A stretch of DNA of 64,000 nt from Bauldia sp. (GCA_026126025.1 JAHCJZ010000001.1:333937-397936); one strand, 5' to 3'; positions 29,577 through 42,245 are shown, counted from the first letter of the stretch. The notes: a model not told the origin generated them from the letters alone. Numbers and translations: made by a program.

Positions 29577-30317
29577 TCAGGCCACGTCACGCTTCGGCGC
29601 GCCGGGAATATCGGTGACGATCTGGTTCCGTCCGGCCGCCTTGGCGCGGTAGAGGAACCCGTCGGCCCGCCCGACCAGCGCCTGCAGATCGTCCCCCGCC
29701 GCCAGCGCGGCGACGCCCATCGACACCGTCACGCGGCCGAGATGTTCGCCGGTCGCGCGGCGGATGAGGTCGCGGCCGGCGATGGCGTGGCGCACCCGGT
29801 CGGCGAGGAGGAGGGCGTCGGCCAGCGATGTCTGTGGCGCGATGATCGCGAATTCCTCGCCGCCATAGCGGCAGGCGATGTCCTGCGGGCGGAGGCAGCC
29901 CTTGAGGGTGCGCGCCACGAGGCGCAGCACCTGGTCGCCGGTCTGGTGCCCATAGGTGTCGTTGAACTGCTTGAAGTGATCGATGTCGGCGAGGAGGAGC
30001 GCCAGCTCCGTCCCGGACGACCGCGCCTCGAGGATGGCGTGGTCGAGCGCGATGTCGAAGAGCTTCCGGTTGCCGAGGCTGGTGAGCGTGTCGGTCAGCG
30101 ATTCGTGGCGGATCGCCTCGATGCTGGAATAGAGCGCGATCATCTCCAGCCGGGCCGAGGCGAGCTGCTGGCGGAGCGTTTCGCCCCGCCGCTCGACCTC
30201 GCCGGTCGAGGCGGCGAGACGCTGCACGATCTGGCGGATGGTTCCGGCGTCGAGGTCGATCGCGAGCTCGTCCGCCGCTTCGCGAAGGGCGCGGCCATAG
30301 CCGGTGGTGGCCGTCAA
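29577..30317 (-). CDS. GGDEF-domain diguanylate cyclase (C-terminal part; N-terminal part appears frameshifted, see findings)
   Basis: It has the GGEEF active site (CRYGGEEFAII) and the RxxD-type context. The same frame stays open and protein-like upstream of 30317 (PRNFEVWFNYARGVSRALDEA...) but has no start codon there. Confidence 0.85.
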   Translation of the reverse strand: MTATTGYGRALREAADELAIDLDAGTIRQIVQRLAASTGEVERRGETLRQQLASARLEMIALYSSIEAIRHESLTDTLTSLGNRKLFDIALDHAILEARSSGTELALLLADIDHFKQFNDTYGHQTGDQVLRLVARTLKGCLRPQDIACRYGGEEFAIIAPQTSLADALLLADRVRHAIAGRDLIRRATGEHLGRVTVSMGVAALAAGDDLQALVGRADGFLYRAKAAGRNQIVTDIPGAPKRDVA

Positions 30318-30793
30318 CGCCTCGCTGATGACCCGCTCGACATCGTCGATCTCGCCCGCGACGCGGTTGCCGACCTGGCGGAGCCGGGCGGTGCTCGGCG
30401 CCGGCGTTTCCGCTTCATCGATCAGTCCGCGGCCGAGGACCGCGTCGAGTGCGACCGGGCGCTCCGCGTCGCCGACGGCCTCGTCGAGCGCGCGGCTGAC
30501 GCCGCGGGCATAGTTGAACCAGACCTCGAAATTGCGCGGCGTCGGCGCGGTTGCGCCGCAGATGGGCCAGCGCCGCTTCGGCGAACACCATCGTCCGCTC
30601 GAACTCGGAATCGTCCTCGTCCATCCACCCCCCGCAGGCCCGGCGCGTAATCCTTTTCGCCGACAGTAGGGCCGTGTCGATTAACCTGAAGTTAAATGGT
30701 GAGGCGGCGAATTAACCCGGCGTTTCGCTAAGCGCCGCGGTCCACGCATCAAATTCGATTGAATATTGCCGACAACTATACTTGGCGGACTGC

Positions 30794-32191
<1,398 letters not shown>

Positions 32192-32436
32192 ATCTGAGAT
32201 AGGCACCACTGCGGGTAATGGGGGCTCGAAAGCATCCGCGGTGTCGCGGCCCCGGGGAGAAAGTGTGCCTCGCGGCGCAACATAGGTGTGACGGTCTGTG
32301 AGTCAACATGAAACAAAGTCAATGGTTACGCGGCATAACCGCCCAGCATGCAGCGCAGCACGAGGCCATCCTTCCGGTCCCGTCGTCCGGTTGGTAGTAT
32401 GGGGCCGCGGCCGGAGCCGCTGAGTGGGGGTGTTCG

Positions 32437-33042
32437 ATGAGGAAATACGCGGCCGCCATCGTTGCGTCTGTCGGTCTGAGCGGCATCGCGGTCGCGGCGG
32501 ATACGCCTCCGCCGCTGGCGCCCCCGGCTCCGCCGCCGGTCTATGTCGAGCCGCCCGCGGTCATCGACTGGACCGGTCCCTATGCGGGCATGGTCGCGGG
32601 GTGGGGCTGGGGCTCGTTCGCCGACGGCATCACCGCTCCGCTCAGCGGCGCGGTCGCCGGCGCCTTCACCGGCTACAATTTCCAGCGCGGCCGGTTCGTG
32701 CTCGGCACCGAGTTCGATTTCATGTGGTCGAACCGGACCGATGGCGGCACCAACGCCGTGAACTGGTCCGGCAATGGCCGCGGCCGGCTCGGCTACCTCG
32801 TCACCGACAGCATCCTGGTCTACGGCACCGGCGGCGTGGCCGTCGGCGGGTCGTTCACGGCGGTCTCGTCCTACACCACCGAGATCGGCTGGACCGCCGG
32901 CGGCGGCATCGAGATCGGCAACAGCATCGTCTTCGGCCGTCTCGAATATCTCTACGCCAATTACGGCTCCGTCACCGGCGCCGGGGCGACGACGCTGTCG
33001 ACCCAGGAGGTTCGCGCGGGCGTCGGGATTCGGTTCTGGTAG
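32437..33042 (+). CDS. Small outer-membrane beta-barrel protein (Omp25/Omp31/OmpW-like, paralogue 1)
   Basis: Signal peptide ...GLSGIAVAA, then a Pro-rich linker (DTPPPLAPPAPPPVYVEPP). Alternating beta-strand pattern with a terminal aromatic (...EVRAGVGIRFW). Confidence 0.8.
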   Translation: MRKYAAAIVASVGLSGIAVAADTPPPLAPPAPPPVYVEPPAVIDWTGPYAGMVAGWGWGSFADGITAPLSGAVAGAFTGYNFQRGRFVLGTEFDFMWSNRTDGGTNAVNWSGNGRGRLGYLVTDSILVYGTGGVAVGGSFTAVSSYTTEIGWTAGGGIEIGNSIVFGRLEYLYANYGSVTGAGATTLSTQEVRAGVGIRFW

Positions 33043-33358
33043 AATTCGAATCGCTCGCGACGGGGAGGCAACTATCGGTTGCCTGTCGGTCGGCCATGGG
33101 CACGCTGGGTTCCCGGTCCGTGCGCCTTATGCAACAGCCGCCTAAAAACCGGCCCTGACGGCGCCTGCGCCTCGACATCGGCCGGATTCGGGTGAATTGT
33201 CGGCGGCGGCGCAGGGATCGGCTGGACCGCCGGCGCTGAAACTGTATCGTTCGCGGGCTGCCGGCGACGGCGTGGGCTTGCCGATGCGATGCTGACCGTG
33301 CAGGAACAGCGCGGTCGAGGTCGGCATTGGTTTGAGACGAGCGACGAGGGGTTGGGGT

Positions 33359-33898
33359 TTGCGCATTAAGGGAGTTGCTGCAGCAGTTGCTCTGGCGGCG
33401 ATGACAGGTTCGGCCTTCGCCGCCGACATCTATGTCCCGCCGCCTGCGCCGCCCGTGGCTCCGCCGGCGCCGCTCTTCTCCTGGGCGGGCTCGTATGCCG
33501 GCGCGTATGGCGGGGTCTATTTCCCGTTCGCGTGGCAGGCCGGCGTGACGCTGGGCCACAATTTCGTGCGCGGATCGCTCATCTACGGCCTGGAGATCCA
33601 GGCGGGCCTTGTGCGCAACCCGATGGGGAGCGCCTTCACCGTGGACCTCAATGCGCGCGCCGGCGTCGCCGTAGGAACGACCGACCGCGTGCTGCTCTAC
33701 ACCGAGGCCGGCATCGGCGCGATCGTCTCGTCCGGCGGGCCCTATGTCAGCTTCGGCGCCGGCGCGGAAATCGCCGTCACCGATTCTCTTTCGCTTTTCG
33801 CGGAGGCGAAGGCTCTCGCGGGCCTTCCCGGTCCTCCGGGTTTGATCGACGCCTTCCAGTTCCAGGCGGGCGTCAACTGGCACTTCGGTCGAGATTAG
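33359..33898 (+). CDS. Small outer-membrane beta-barrel protein (paralogue 2)
   Basis: Frame of ORF 33332-33898. TTG at 33359 gives MRIKGVAAAVALAAMTGSAFA, then ADIYVPPPAPPVAPPAP. The C-terminus is FQFQAGVNWHFGRD. The start is uncertain (33332 is the alternative). Confidence 0.72.
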   Translation: MRIKGVAAAVALAAMTGSAFAADIYVPPPAPPVAPPAPLFSWAGSYAGAYGGVYFPFAWQAGVTLGHNFVRGSLIYGLEIQAGLVRNPMGSAFTVDLNARAGVAVGTTDRVLLYTEAGIGAIVSSGGPYVSFGAGAEIAVTDSLSLFAEAKALAGLPGPPGLIDAFQFQAGVNWHFGRD

Positions 33899-33994
33899 AC
33901 CAAGCGTAGCCGCGGCGGGTCCGCGGAGTGAGTAGGCCCGATGCGGCCGGTGTGTGGAATGCCTTACGGGGCGTCAAAAAGAAGGACGGGTACC

Positions 33995-34495
33995 ATGAAG
34001 AAGATTGCAGTCGCGGCCGTTGCTCTGGCCGCCATGACGGGTTCGGCGCTCGCCGCCGACATCTACGTTCCGCCGGTTGCGCCGCCGGCCCCGCCGCCGG
34101 TGGCTCCCGCATTCTCCTGGGCAGGTTCCTATGCTGGCCCCTATGCCGGCTACTGGTTCGGCCCGAACGTGTGGTTGGCCGGGGTGACCATCGGCCACAA
34201 TTTCGTCAGCGGCTCGCTGGTCTATGGCGTTTCAGGCCGTCTCGGCTGGATCGCCACCTCCGGCTTCGATGTCGGCCTCGACGCCCGCGCCGGCGTGGCG
34301 CTCGGCTCGACGGGTCGGGCGCTGCTCTACGCCGAGGCTGGCGTGGCGTTCAGCCCGGGACCGGGCCTCTACATCCCGGTCGGTGCCGGCCTCGAATTCG
34401 CCGTGACCAACTCGCTCTCGCTCTTCGCGGAGGCCAAGGTTCCGCTGCTCGCCGGCGGCGTGCAGGTCACTGCCGGCCTGAACTGGCACTTCTAG
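33995..34495 (+). CDS. Small outer-membrane beta-barrel protein (paralogue 3)
   Basis: ATG at 33995 gives MKKIAVAAVALAAMTGSALA, then ADIYVPPVAPPAPPPVAP. The C-terminus is VQVTAGLNWHF. Confidence 0.8.
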   Translation: MKKIAVAAVALAAMTGSALAADIYVPPVAPPAPPPVAPAFSWAGSYAGPYAGYWFGPNVWLAGVTIGHNFVSGSLVYGVSGRLGWIATSGFDVGLDARAGVALGSTGRALLYAEAGVAFSPGPGLYIPVGAGLEFAVTNSLSLFAEAKVPLLAGGVQVTAGLNWHF

Positions 34496-34533
34496 TCCAG
34501 TCAGGCCGACCCGACCCAGGTCGGAATGAAATT

Positions 34534-34564
34534 GGCCGGTGCGGATATCAAGTCCGCGCCGGCC
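34534..34564. terminator. Bidirectional hairpin between convergent OMP paralogue 3 and parE
   Basis: ggccggtgcgga-tatcaag-tccgcgccggcc forms a 12-bp stem with one G-U pair. There is no clear U tract. Confidence 0.45.
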
Positions 34565-34649
34565 TTCGCTCGCACGTGATCGGATCGACGCGGCTCGCCC
34601 CTGGCTACAAAGGGGAGGTTAGCCAGCCCGATGAACCAGCGTCATATCG

Positions 34650-36665
<2,016 letters not shown>

Positions 36666-36867
36666 GGGGCCTCGGCGGAATCGGTCGCGCGAATCGCACG
36701 GCCGCGTCGGGCATAGCAGCGCAGTCTGCTGCCGCAAACACGACAGAACTGTGGAGCGAGCCTCACGCATTGCGCATGGCGGCTTTGCCGACACGCCGTT
36801 TGTGCAGCGCAGCAACTCACCCGATTCTAAGGGCAATCCGCTTCGCGCCGGATCACGCGAGGACACC

Positions 36868-37578
36868 ATGACCGCACGGCAGACCGCACCGATCGAACTC
36901 TACTACTGGCCGACGCCCGACGGCGTGAAGGCCGCCATCATGCTGGAGGAGCTCGGCGTTCCCTACGGCATCCGCTTCGTCGACATCGGCCGCGGCGATC
37001 ACCACGCCGCCGACTTCATGGCGGTGTCGCCCGGCGGCGAGCTTCCCGCGATCGTCGATCCCGAAGGGCCCGACCGCAAGTCGATCTCCGTCGCCGGGTC
37101 CGGACCGGTTCTGCGCTATCTCGCCCGGAAGTTCGACCGCTTCTATCCGGCCGAGGAGCGGGCGCGGACGGTCGTCGACGAATGGCTGGCCTGGCAGGTC
37201 GGCTCGCTCGGCCCGATGCTCGCGCAATATGGCCACTTCACCCGCTTCGCCGCCCAGCATCTTCCCTATGCCGTGAAGCGCTATGCCGTGGAAGCGCACC
37301 GCCTCTACGACGTCCTCAACCGGCGTCTGGAAGGCCGCGCCTATGTCGCCGGCGACTACTCGATCGCCGACATCGCGATCTTCGCCTGGGCGCGCCGCCT
37401 CGACGCGCAGGACATCGACCGCGACGAGTTCCCCAATGTCGCGCGCTGGATCGACCGCATCGCGGCCCGTCCCGCCGTGCAGCACGCGCTCGCCATCGAG
37501 GCGCCGCGGCCCGGTGGAGCCGATCGCCAGGCCCGGGCGTTTCTCCTCGGACAGCGCGCCGCCGCCGGCGGGCGATAG
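36868..37578 (+). CDS. Glutathione S-transferase (Nu-class, YfcG/YghU-like)
   Basis: ATG at 36868: MTARQTAPIELYYWPTPDGVKAAIMLEELGVPY... The PTPNG-like motif and C-terminal GST helices are present (YSIADIAIFAW). Confidence 0.85.
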   Translation: MTARQTAPIELYYWPTPDGVKAAIMLEELGVPYGIRFVDIGRGDHHAADFMAVSPGGELPAIVDPEGPDRKSISVAGSGPVLRYLARKFDRFYPAEERARTVVDEWLAWQVGSLGPMLAQYGHFTRFAAQHLPYAVKRYAVEAHRLYDVLNRRLEGRAYVAGDYSIADIAIFAWARRLDAQDIDRDEFPNVARWIDRIAARPAVQHALAIEAPRPGGADRQARAFLLGQRAAAGGR

Positions 37579-37841
37579 CCGGAACCGGGATCCCGGTCCC
37601 GTGGTTATCCGTTGGTTGCCGCGACCGCGCAGCGACTACGGATTCCTCGCGAATTGCCGATGCTTGGCAATGGGCGGGGAACGGCGATCCGGACCGGTTG
37701 AGGCAGGTTCGAATAAAATTAAGCGAAACGCTTAAGCCTGCGTTCAGGTGGGTTTGGACAGGATCGCACTCATGGGAGCGCTGGCTCCCGACCGGGCGGG
37801 AAAAGAGCCAGGCGGGCCAGCCGACAACGGAGTGACGGACT

Positions 37842-38105
37842 ATGGCTCGCATTGATCTCAGCGGCGCCTCCGAGATGGCGCAGACCACCACGATCGACGA
37901 GACGCTGTTTCAGCTCGGCATCGACGCCTCGACCGGCCGCGACGGCGACCCGGACCTGATCTCGGCGCACAAATGGTTCAACCTCGCGGCGCTCCGCGGC
38001 AACCCGGACGCGGCCCAGTATCGCCAGGAAGTGGCGGCCGAGCTCAGCACCGCGCAGATCGCCGAAGCCCAGCGCGCTGCCCGCGAGTGGATTCGCACCC
38101 ACTAG
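37842..38105 (+). CDS. Small Sel1-repeat protein
   Basis: 87 aa. AHKWFNLAALRGNPDAAQYRQEVAAELSTAQIAEAQRAAREW is a single Sel1/TPR-like repeat. Confidence 0.6.
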   Translation: MARIDLSGASEMAQTTTIDETLFQLGIDASTGRDGDPDLISAHKWFNLAALRGNPDAAQYRQEVAAELSTAQIAEAQRAAREWIRTH

Positions 38106-38296
38106 CCGGAGCGATGATCGGTCCTCGTCGGGACCTCGAGGCCCCGGCGCTCGATCTCCGCCATCACCGACGGCGGAATCTCCCGGCATCCGCAGGCCTT
38201 GGCGTGAGCGATGTGCCACGCCACCCGCTGGTCGAGCGTGGCGTTTTTCGGCATCGGGTTCGCCTCGTGCCAAGCCGCATTGATCGGCATCTGCAT
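38102..38296 (-). CDS. Small conserved-looking hypothetical protein
   Basis: C-terminal part of ORF 38102-38509: MQMPINAAWHEANPMPKNATLDQRVAWHIAHAKACGCREIPPSVMAEIERRG. It has non-random composition with a Cys/His cluster. The start is uncertain. Confidence 0.4.
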   Translation of the reverse strand: MQMPINAAWHEANPMPKNATLDQRVAWHIAHAKACGCREIPPSVMAEIERRGLEVPTRTDHRSG

Positions 38297-38378
38297 CTCC
38301 ACCATTGGTAACGGTCTACCCATCCGCCGCCTGCGCTGCGTGGTATCCAAGGACCACACGGCCGCGGACGGAGGGACG

Positions 38379-38792
38379 ATGATGAGCGTAGCAGGCAACG
38401 GAACGCGCGAATCGCCCTGGCAGCTGAAGACGCCGGGCGGAAAGGCCGACTTCGAGGCGTTCCGCGATCCCGCGCTCGATCCGCCTGCGCTCGTGGTGCG
38501 CGCCGGCAAGACCGAGCTCCGCTATCACCTCCGCGCCATCGACGATCTTCACGCGATGCTGAAGGGGGCGGGCGACTGGGTGCCGCTCGGCGGCGCGGAC
38601 GAGCAGAAGCCGGTTGTGGACGGAACTGTGGAGGCCTGGGCGCGGAGCGCGGCCAATCCGGTGAAGGGCTGGTACGGTCTGAAGAAGGGACTTCGCGGCC
38701 GGTTCGCGGTCTACGTTCCGCCCGTGCTCGCGGTTCTCGGCCTCGCCGAGGTCGAAGACAACCCGCGCAACAACCGGATGCGCGCCCGATAG
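38379..38792 (+). CDS. Hypothetical protein (DUF-type, function unknown)
   Basis: ATG at 38379 is preceded by GGAGGGA. The 137 aa product starts MMSVAGNGTRESPWQLKTPGG... and contains GWYGLKKGLRGRFAVYVPP. I recognise no catalytic motif. Confidence 0.55.
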   Translation: MMSVAGNGTRESPWQLKTPGGKADFEAFRDPALDPPALVVRAGKTELRYHLRAIDDLHAMLKGAGDWVPLGGADEQKPVVDGTVEAWARSAANPVKGWYGLKKGLRGRFAVYVPPVLAVLGLAEVEDNPRNNRMRAR

Positions 38793-38800
38793 GACACGCG

Positions 38801-39379
38801 ATGGCGGAGAAGCCGGACTATCCCACCCGGCGATTTGCCACCGCGACGGCCTTCGAGACCTGGCTCGCGAAGAACCACGCCACGGCCGAAGGCGTTTGGC
38901 TTCAACTCGCCAAGAAGGCCTCCGGCAAGGCGACCGTCTCCTATGCCGAGGCGGTCGAGGTGGCGCTCTGCTACGGCTGGATCGACGGCCACGTGAAGCC
39001 GGTCGACGAGGCGAGCTGGAAACAGAAATTCACCCCGCGCCGCGCCCGCAGCAAATGGTCCGCCATCAATGTCGGGCGCGCCGAGCGCCTGATCGCGGAA
39101 GGGCGGATGCAGCCGGCCGGACTTGCCGCGATCGAGGCGGCCAAGGCCGACGGCCGCTGGGCCGCCGCCTATGCCAGCCCCAAATCGATCACCGTTCCGG
39201 ACGATCTTCGGGCTGCGCTCGGTGCCAACCTCGCCGCCGGCACAGCGTTCGCCGCGCTGACCGGCACCAACCGCTACGCGATCCTCTACCGCGTCCACGA
39301 CGCGAAGAAGCCGGAAACCCGCGCCAGACGCATCGCCCAATATGTCGCGATGCTGGCCCGCGGCGAGACCCTCAGATAG
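38801..39379 (+). CDS. YdeI/OmpD-associated family protein
   Basis: 192 aa: FETWLAKNHATAEGVWLQLAKK...EAVEVALCYGWIDG...FTPRRARSKWS..N, characteristic of the YdeI family. Confidence 0.78.
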   Translation: MAEKPDYPTRRFATATAFETWLAKNHATAEGVWLQLAKKASGKATVSYAEAVEVALCYGWIDGHVKPVDEASWKQKFTPRRARSKWSAINVGRAERLIAEGRMQPAGLAAIEAAKADGRWAAAYASPKSITVPDDLRAALGANLAAGTAFAALTGTNRYAILYRVHDAKKPETRARRIAQYVAMLARGETLR

Positions 39380-39465
39380 GGAACCCAGCCCAGCGGTTTG
39401 GTTTCCTTCGCCAGGGTGACTCGCGAAAACCAGCGTCGGTGCTCGACCACGAAGCAACCCCTCTT

Positions 39466-39551
39466 TCGTCATTCCGGCGAAGGCCGGAATCCAGCGCCAC
39501 ACGCTCCGGCCTTCGTGTGATTCTGGACCCCGGCCTTCGCCGGGGTGACGA
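39466..39551. repeat. Family B palindromic intergenic repeat (arms swapped relative to other copies)
   Basis: tcgtcattccggcGAAGgccggaatccag ... ctggaccccggcCTTCgccggggtgacga, between convergent ydeI-like and nadE-like genes. Confidence 0.8.
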
Positions 39552-39601
39552 GGATTTGGGTCGCGAAAGAGGGGGCGTGAAGGGAGCGGGGTGCGTCCCG
39601 C

Positions 39602-40648
39602 CTAGGCGTCGACCATGGCGGCGGCCAGGACCGGCTCCACCAGCAATGGTCGCTCGTGGAGATAGGCGGTCGCCTTGCGCTTGGCCGCGATGTCGTCCCA
39701 GACATGGCGGACCTGCTCGGCGGTGAGGCCCGCCGCGGCGCCCACGACCTGGAGCGGGAGGTTGTGGTTGAGGCCGAAGAGGCAGAGGTCCATGCGGTCC
39801 CAGGGCAGGGAGAAGTAGAACTCGTCCTGGCCCTGCGCGAGGGACCAGGTGTCGGTGGTCGGCGGCCGGACGCGGATCTCCTCGGGTACGCCGAGCGCCT
39901 CGGCGAGTTGGTAGACCTGCGTCTTGTAAAGATGCGCGATCGGCTTGAAGTCGGCCGCGCCGTCGCCGTTCTTCACGAAGAAGCCCTGATCGTATTCGAG
40001 GCGGTTTGGCGTGCCGGCGACCGCGTAGTTGAGCCGGTCGGCATGGGTGTATTCCAGGAGCTTCCGCGTTCGCTGCTTCATATTGGTCGCCGCGATGACC
40101 GCGAGATAGACCGAGAGCGGCATTCGCTCGGTGCGCTGGTTGCCCGCCGGGTCCTGCACCACCAGCGACGTGATGTTGAAGCCCTTGCCTTCGAGCGCGT
40201 TGCGGATGACGACCTTGCAGCCCCAGCCCTCGCCGAATTCCGGCACGATCTCGCGGATCGCGGCGTCGCGGCGCTGGTAGCAGCCGCCGGCCGCCAGCAT
40301 TGGCGCGATGTCCTCCACCACGGTCTCGATGCCGAACCGGTCGGCGACGAGCTTGCCGAGGCGAAGGCTCTCCGGGTCGGAGTCCTTCTCCGGCATCAGC
40401 ACGCCGAGCACGCGTTTCGGGCCGACGGCCTCCGCGGCAAGACCGGCGGTGACGCTGGAATCGATGCCGCCCGACAGCCCGAGGACGACGCCGCGCCGCC
40501 GGAAGCGTTTGAGGACGCTCTCCCGGATCGAGCCGGAGATCTTCTTGATCTCCGCTGCGGCGTCCATTCTGAGGGCGGCGGCGGAGAAGACGAACGCCTC
40601 GATCTCTGCGAGGGCGGATGTGGCGAACTCGACGGCCGTGGTCAGCAT
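39602..40648 (-). CDS. NAD(+) synthase-like N-type ATP pyrophosphatase (no glutaminase domain)
   Basis: 348 aa with the PP-loop GLSGGIDSS and NadE-like C-terminal motifs (FKPIAHLYKTQVYQLA, PPTTDTW...QDEF). ATG at 40648 has GAGGA 7 nt upstream, overlapping the ligase stop. Confidence 0.78.
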   Translation of the reverse strand: MLTTAVEFATSALAEIEAFVFSAAALRMDAAAEIKKISGSIRESVLKRFRRRGVVLGLSGGIDSSVTAGLAAEAVGPKRVLGVLMPEKDSDPESLRLGKLVADRFGIETVVEDIAPMLAAGGCYQRRDAAIREIVPEFGEGWGCKVVIRNALEGKGFNITSLVVQDPAGNQRTERMPLSVYLAVIAATNMKQRTRKLLEYTHADRLNYAVAGTPNRLEYDQGFFVKNGDGAADFKPIAHLYKTQVYQLAEALGVPEEIRVRPPTTDTWSLAQGQDEFYFSLPWDRMDLCLFGLNHNLPLQVVGAAAGLTAEQVRHVWDDIAAKRKATAYLHERPLLVEPVLAAAMVDA

Positions 40649-40658
40649 CGTTCGGTCC

Positions 40659-42227
40659 TCAGGCCGCCACGACGGGCGGCATTTCGTCTTCGGCGACCAG
40701 CCGGCGGCTGATCTTGCCGGAATCGGTCTTCGGCAGTTCGGCGCGGAAGGCGATGTGCTTCGGCACCATGTAGTCCTCCAGGTGCCGCGCGCAGTGCTGG
40801 ACGATGTCGCGCTCGGTCAACGGCGAGCCCGGCTCCAGCGCCACCACCGCCTTGATCGCGGCGCCGAGGATGGGGTCGGGCACGCCGATCACCGCCGCCT
40901 CGCGGATGCCGGGAAGGGCGTAGAGCACCGCCTCGACCTCTTTCGGCGAAACCTTCTCGCCGCGGCTCTTGATGATGTCGTCCTTGCGGCCGACGAAATA
41001 GAGGAAGCCCTCGTCGTCGGTGCGGAAGAGGTCGCCGGTATGGAGCACCTTCTCCCACGGGAACGGCCCCGGCTTCAGCGCGCGGTCGGTGGCTTCGGGG
41101 TTCTCCCAGTAGCCCTTCATCACATGCGGGCCGCGGATGACCAGCTCGCCGATAACGCCCGGCGCGACCCGGACGCCGCTCTCGTCCACGACATAGGCCT
41201 CGGTCCCGGGGATCGCGATGCCCACCGAACCCGGACGCCGCGCCAGCTCCGCCGGCGGCAGATACGTGCAGCGCTTGCACTCGGTGAGGCCGTACATCGA
41301 ATAGAGCCGCGTCGTCGGGAAGAGCGCCTGGAGGCGCTGGATGTGCGCCGGCGGCAGCGCGGCGGCGGTGTTGGTGATGTAGCGAAGGTCCGGGAAGTCG
41401 CCGGGTCTTATGTCCTTCATCTGGAGGATGATCGCCGCCATGGTCGGGACCAGCGGCAGGCCGGTCACCTTCTCGGCCTTCGCCTTCTCCAGGATCGCGG
41501 CGGGGAAGGCGAAGGACTTCTCCAGCACCAGCGTCGCGCCGACCTTCGCCGCCATCAGCACCTGGTAGAGGCCGTAGTCGAACGACAGCGGCAGCACCGC
41601 GAGGATGACGTCGTCCGCCGTGTTCTCGACATAGGTGGTGATCGCGGTCGCGGCGGCGATGACGTTGTCATGCGTCATCATCACGCCCTTGGGCTGGCCG
41701 GTGGAGCCGGAGGTGTAGACCAGCATCGCGAGGTCGATGGAGATGCCGGCGAAGGGGAGAAGCGCCTCCGCGCCCTCCGCCAGCGCCTCGACCAGCCGGA
41801 GATTGCCGGGAAGGTCGGTCTCGCCCGCACCGCCCGCGACGACGGCGAGCTTCACCGACGGCGCGGAGGCGATCGCGGCGGCGGCGACCGGGATCAGCCT
41901 GTCCTGCGTCACGATCGCGGCGGCGCGGCAATTGTTGAGGACATAGGCGAGCTTGTCGGCCTTGGTGGTCGGGTTGATCGGGCTGAACGCGCAGCCCGCC
42001 TTCAGCGCCGCGAAGAAGCCGACAACGGCCTCCCAGCAATTGTCCATGAAGACGACGACGCGGTCGCCGCGCGCGATCCCGCGCGCCGCCAGCGTCGCCG
42101 CAAGCCGGTCGGAGGCGAGGTCGAGGTCGGCATAACTCAGCCGGTTCGGGCCGGCGACGAGGGCGGTCTTGTCCGGGTGGCGCCGGGCGCTGTCCTTGAG
42201 GAAGTCTTCAACGCGCATCTCGTGCAC
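40659..42227 (-). CDS. AMP-dependent synthetase/ligase (acyl-CoA or acyl-ACP ligase family)
   Basis: 522 aa with the AMP-binding core motifs YTSGSTGQPKGV, YGLTE, TGDL and SGKISRR. Confidence 0.88.
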   Translation of the reverse strand: MHEMRVEDFLKDSARRHPDKTALVAGPNRLSYADLDLASDRLAATLAARGIARGDRVVVFMDNCWEAVVGFFAALKAGCAFSPINPTTKADKLAYVLNNCRAAAIVTQDRLIPVAAAAIASAPSVKLAVVAGGAGETDLPGNLRLVEALAEGAEALLPFAGISIDLAMLVYTSGSTGQPKGVMMTHDNVIAAATAITTYVENTADDVILAVLPLSFDYGLYQVLMAAKVGATLVLEKSFAFPAAILEKAKAEKVTGLPLVPTMAAIILQMKDIRPGDFPDLRYITNTAAALPPAHIQRLQALFPTTRLYSMYGLTECKRCTYLPPAELARRPGSVGIAIPGTEAYVVDESGVRVAPGVIGELVIRGPHVMKGYWENPEATDRALKPGPFPWEKVLHTGDLFRTDDEGFLYFVGRKDDIIKSRGEKVSPKEVEAVLYALPGIREAAVIGVPDPILGAAIKAVVALEPGSPLTERDIVQHCARHLEDYMVPKHIAFRAELPKTDSGKISRRLVAEDEMPPVVAA

Positions 42228-42245
42228 CCGAAGTCAGTCCGCGGC

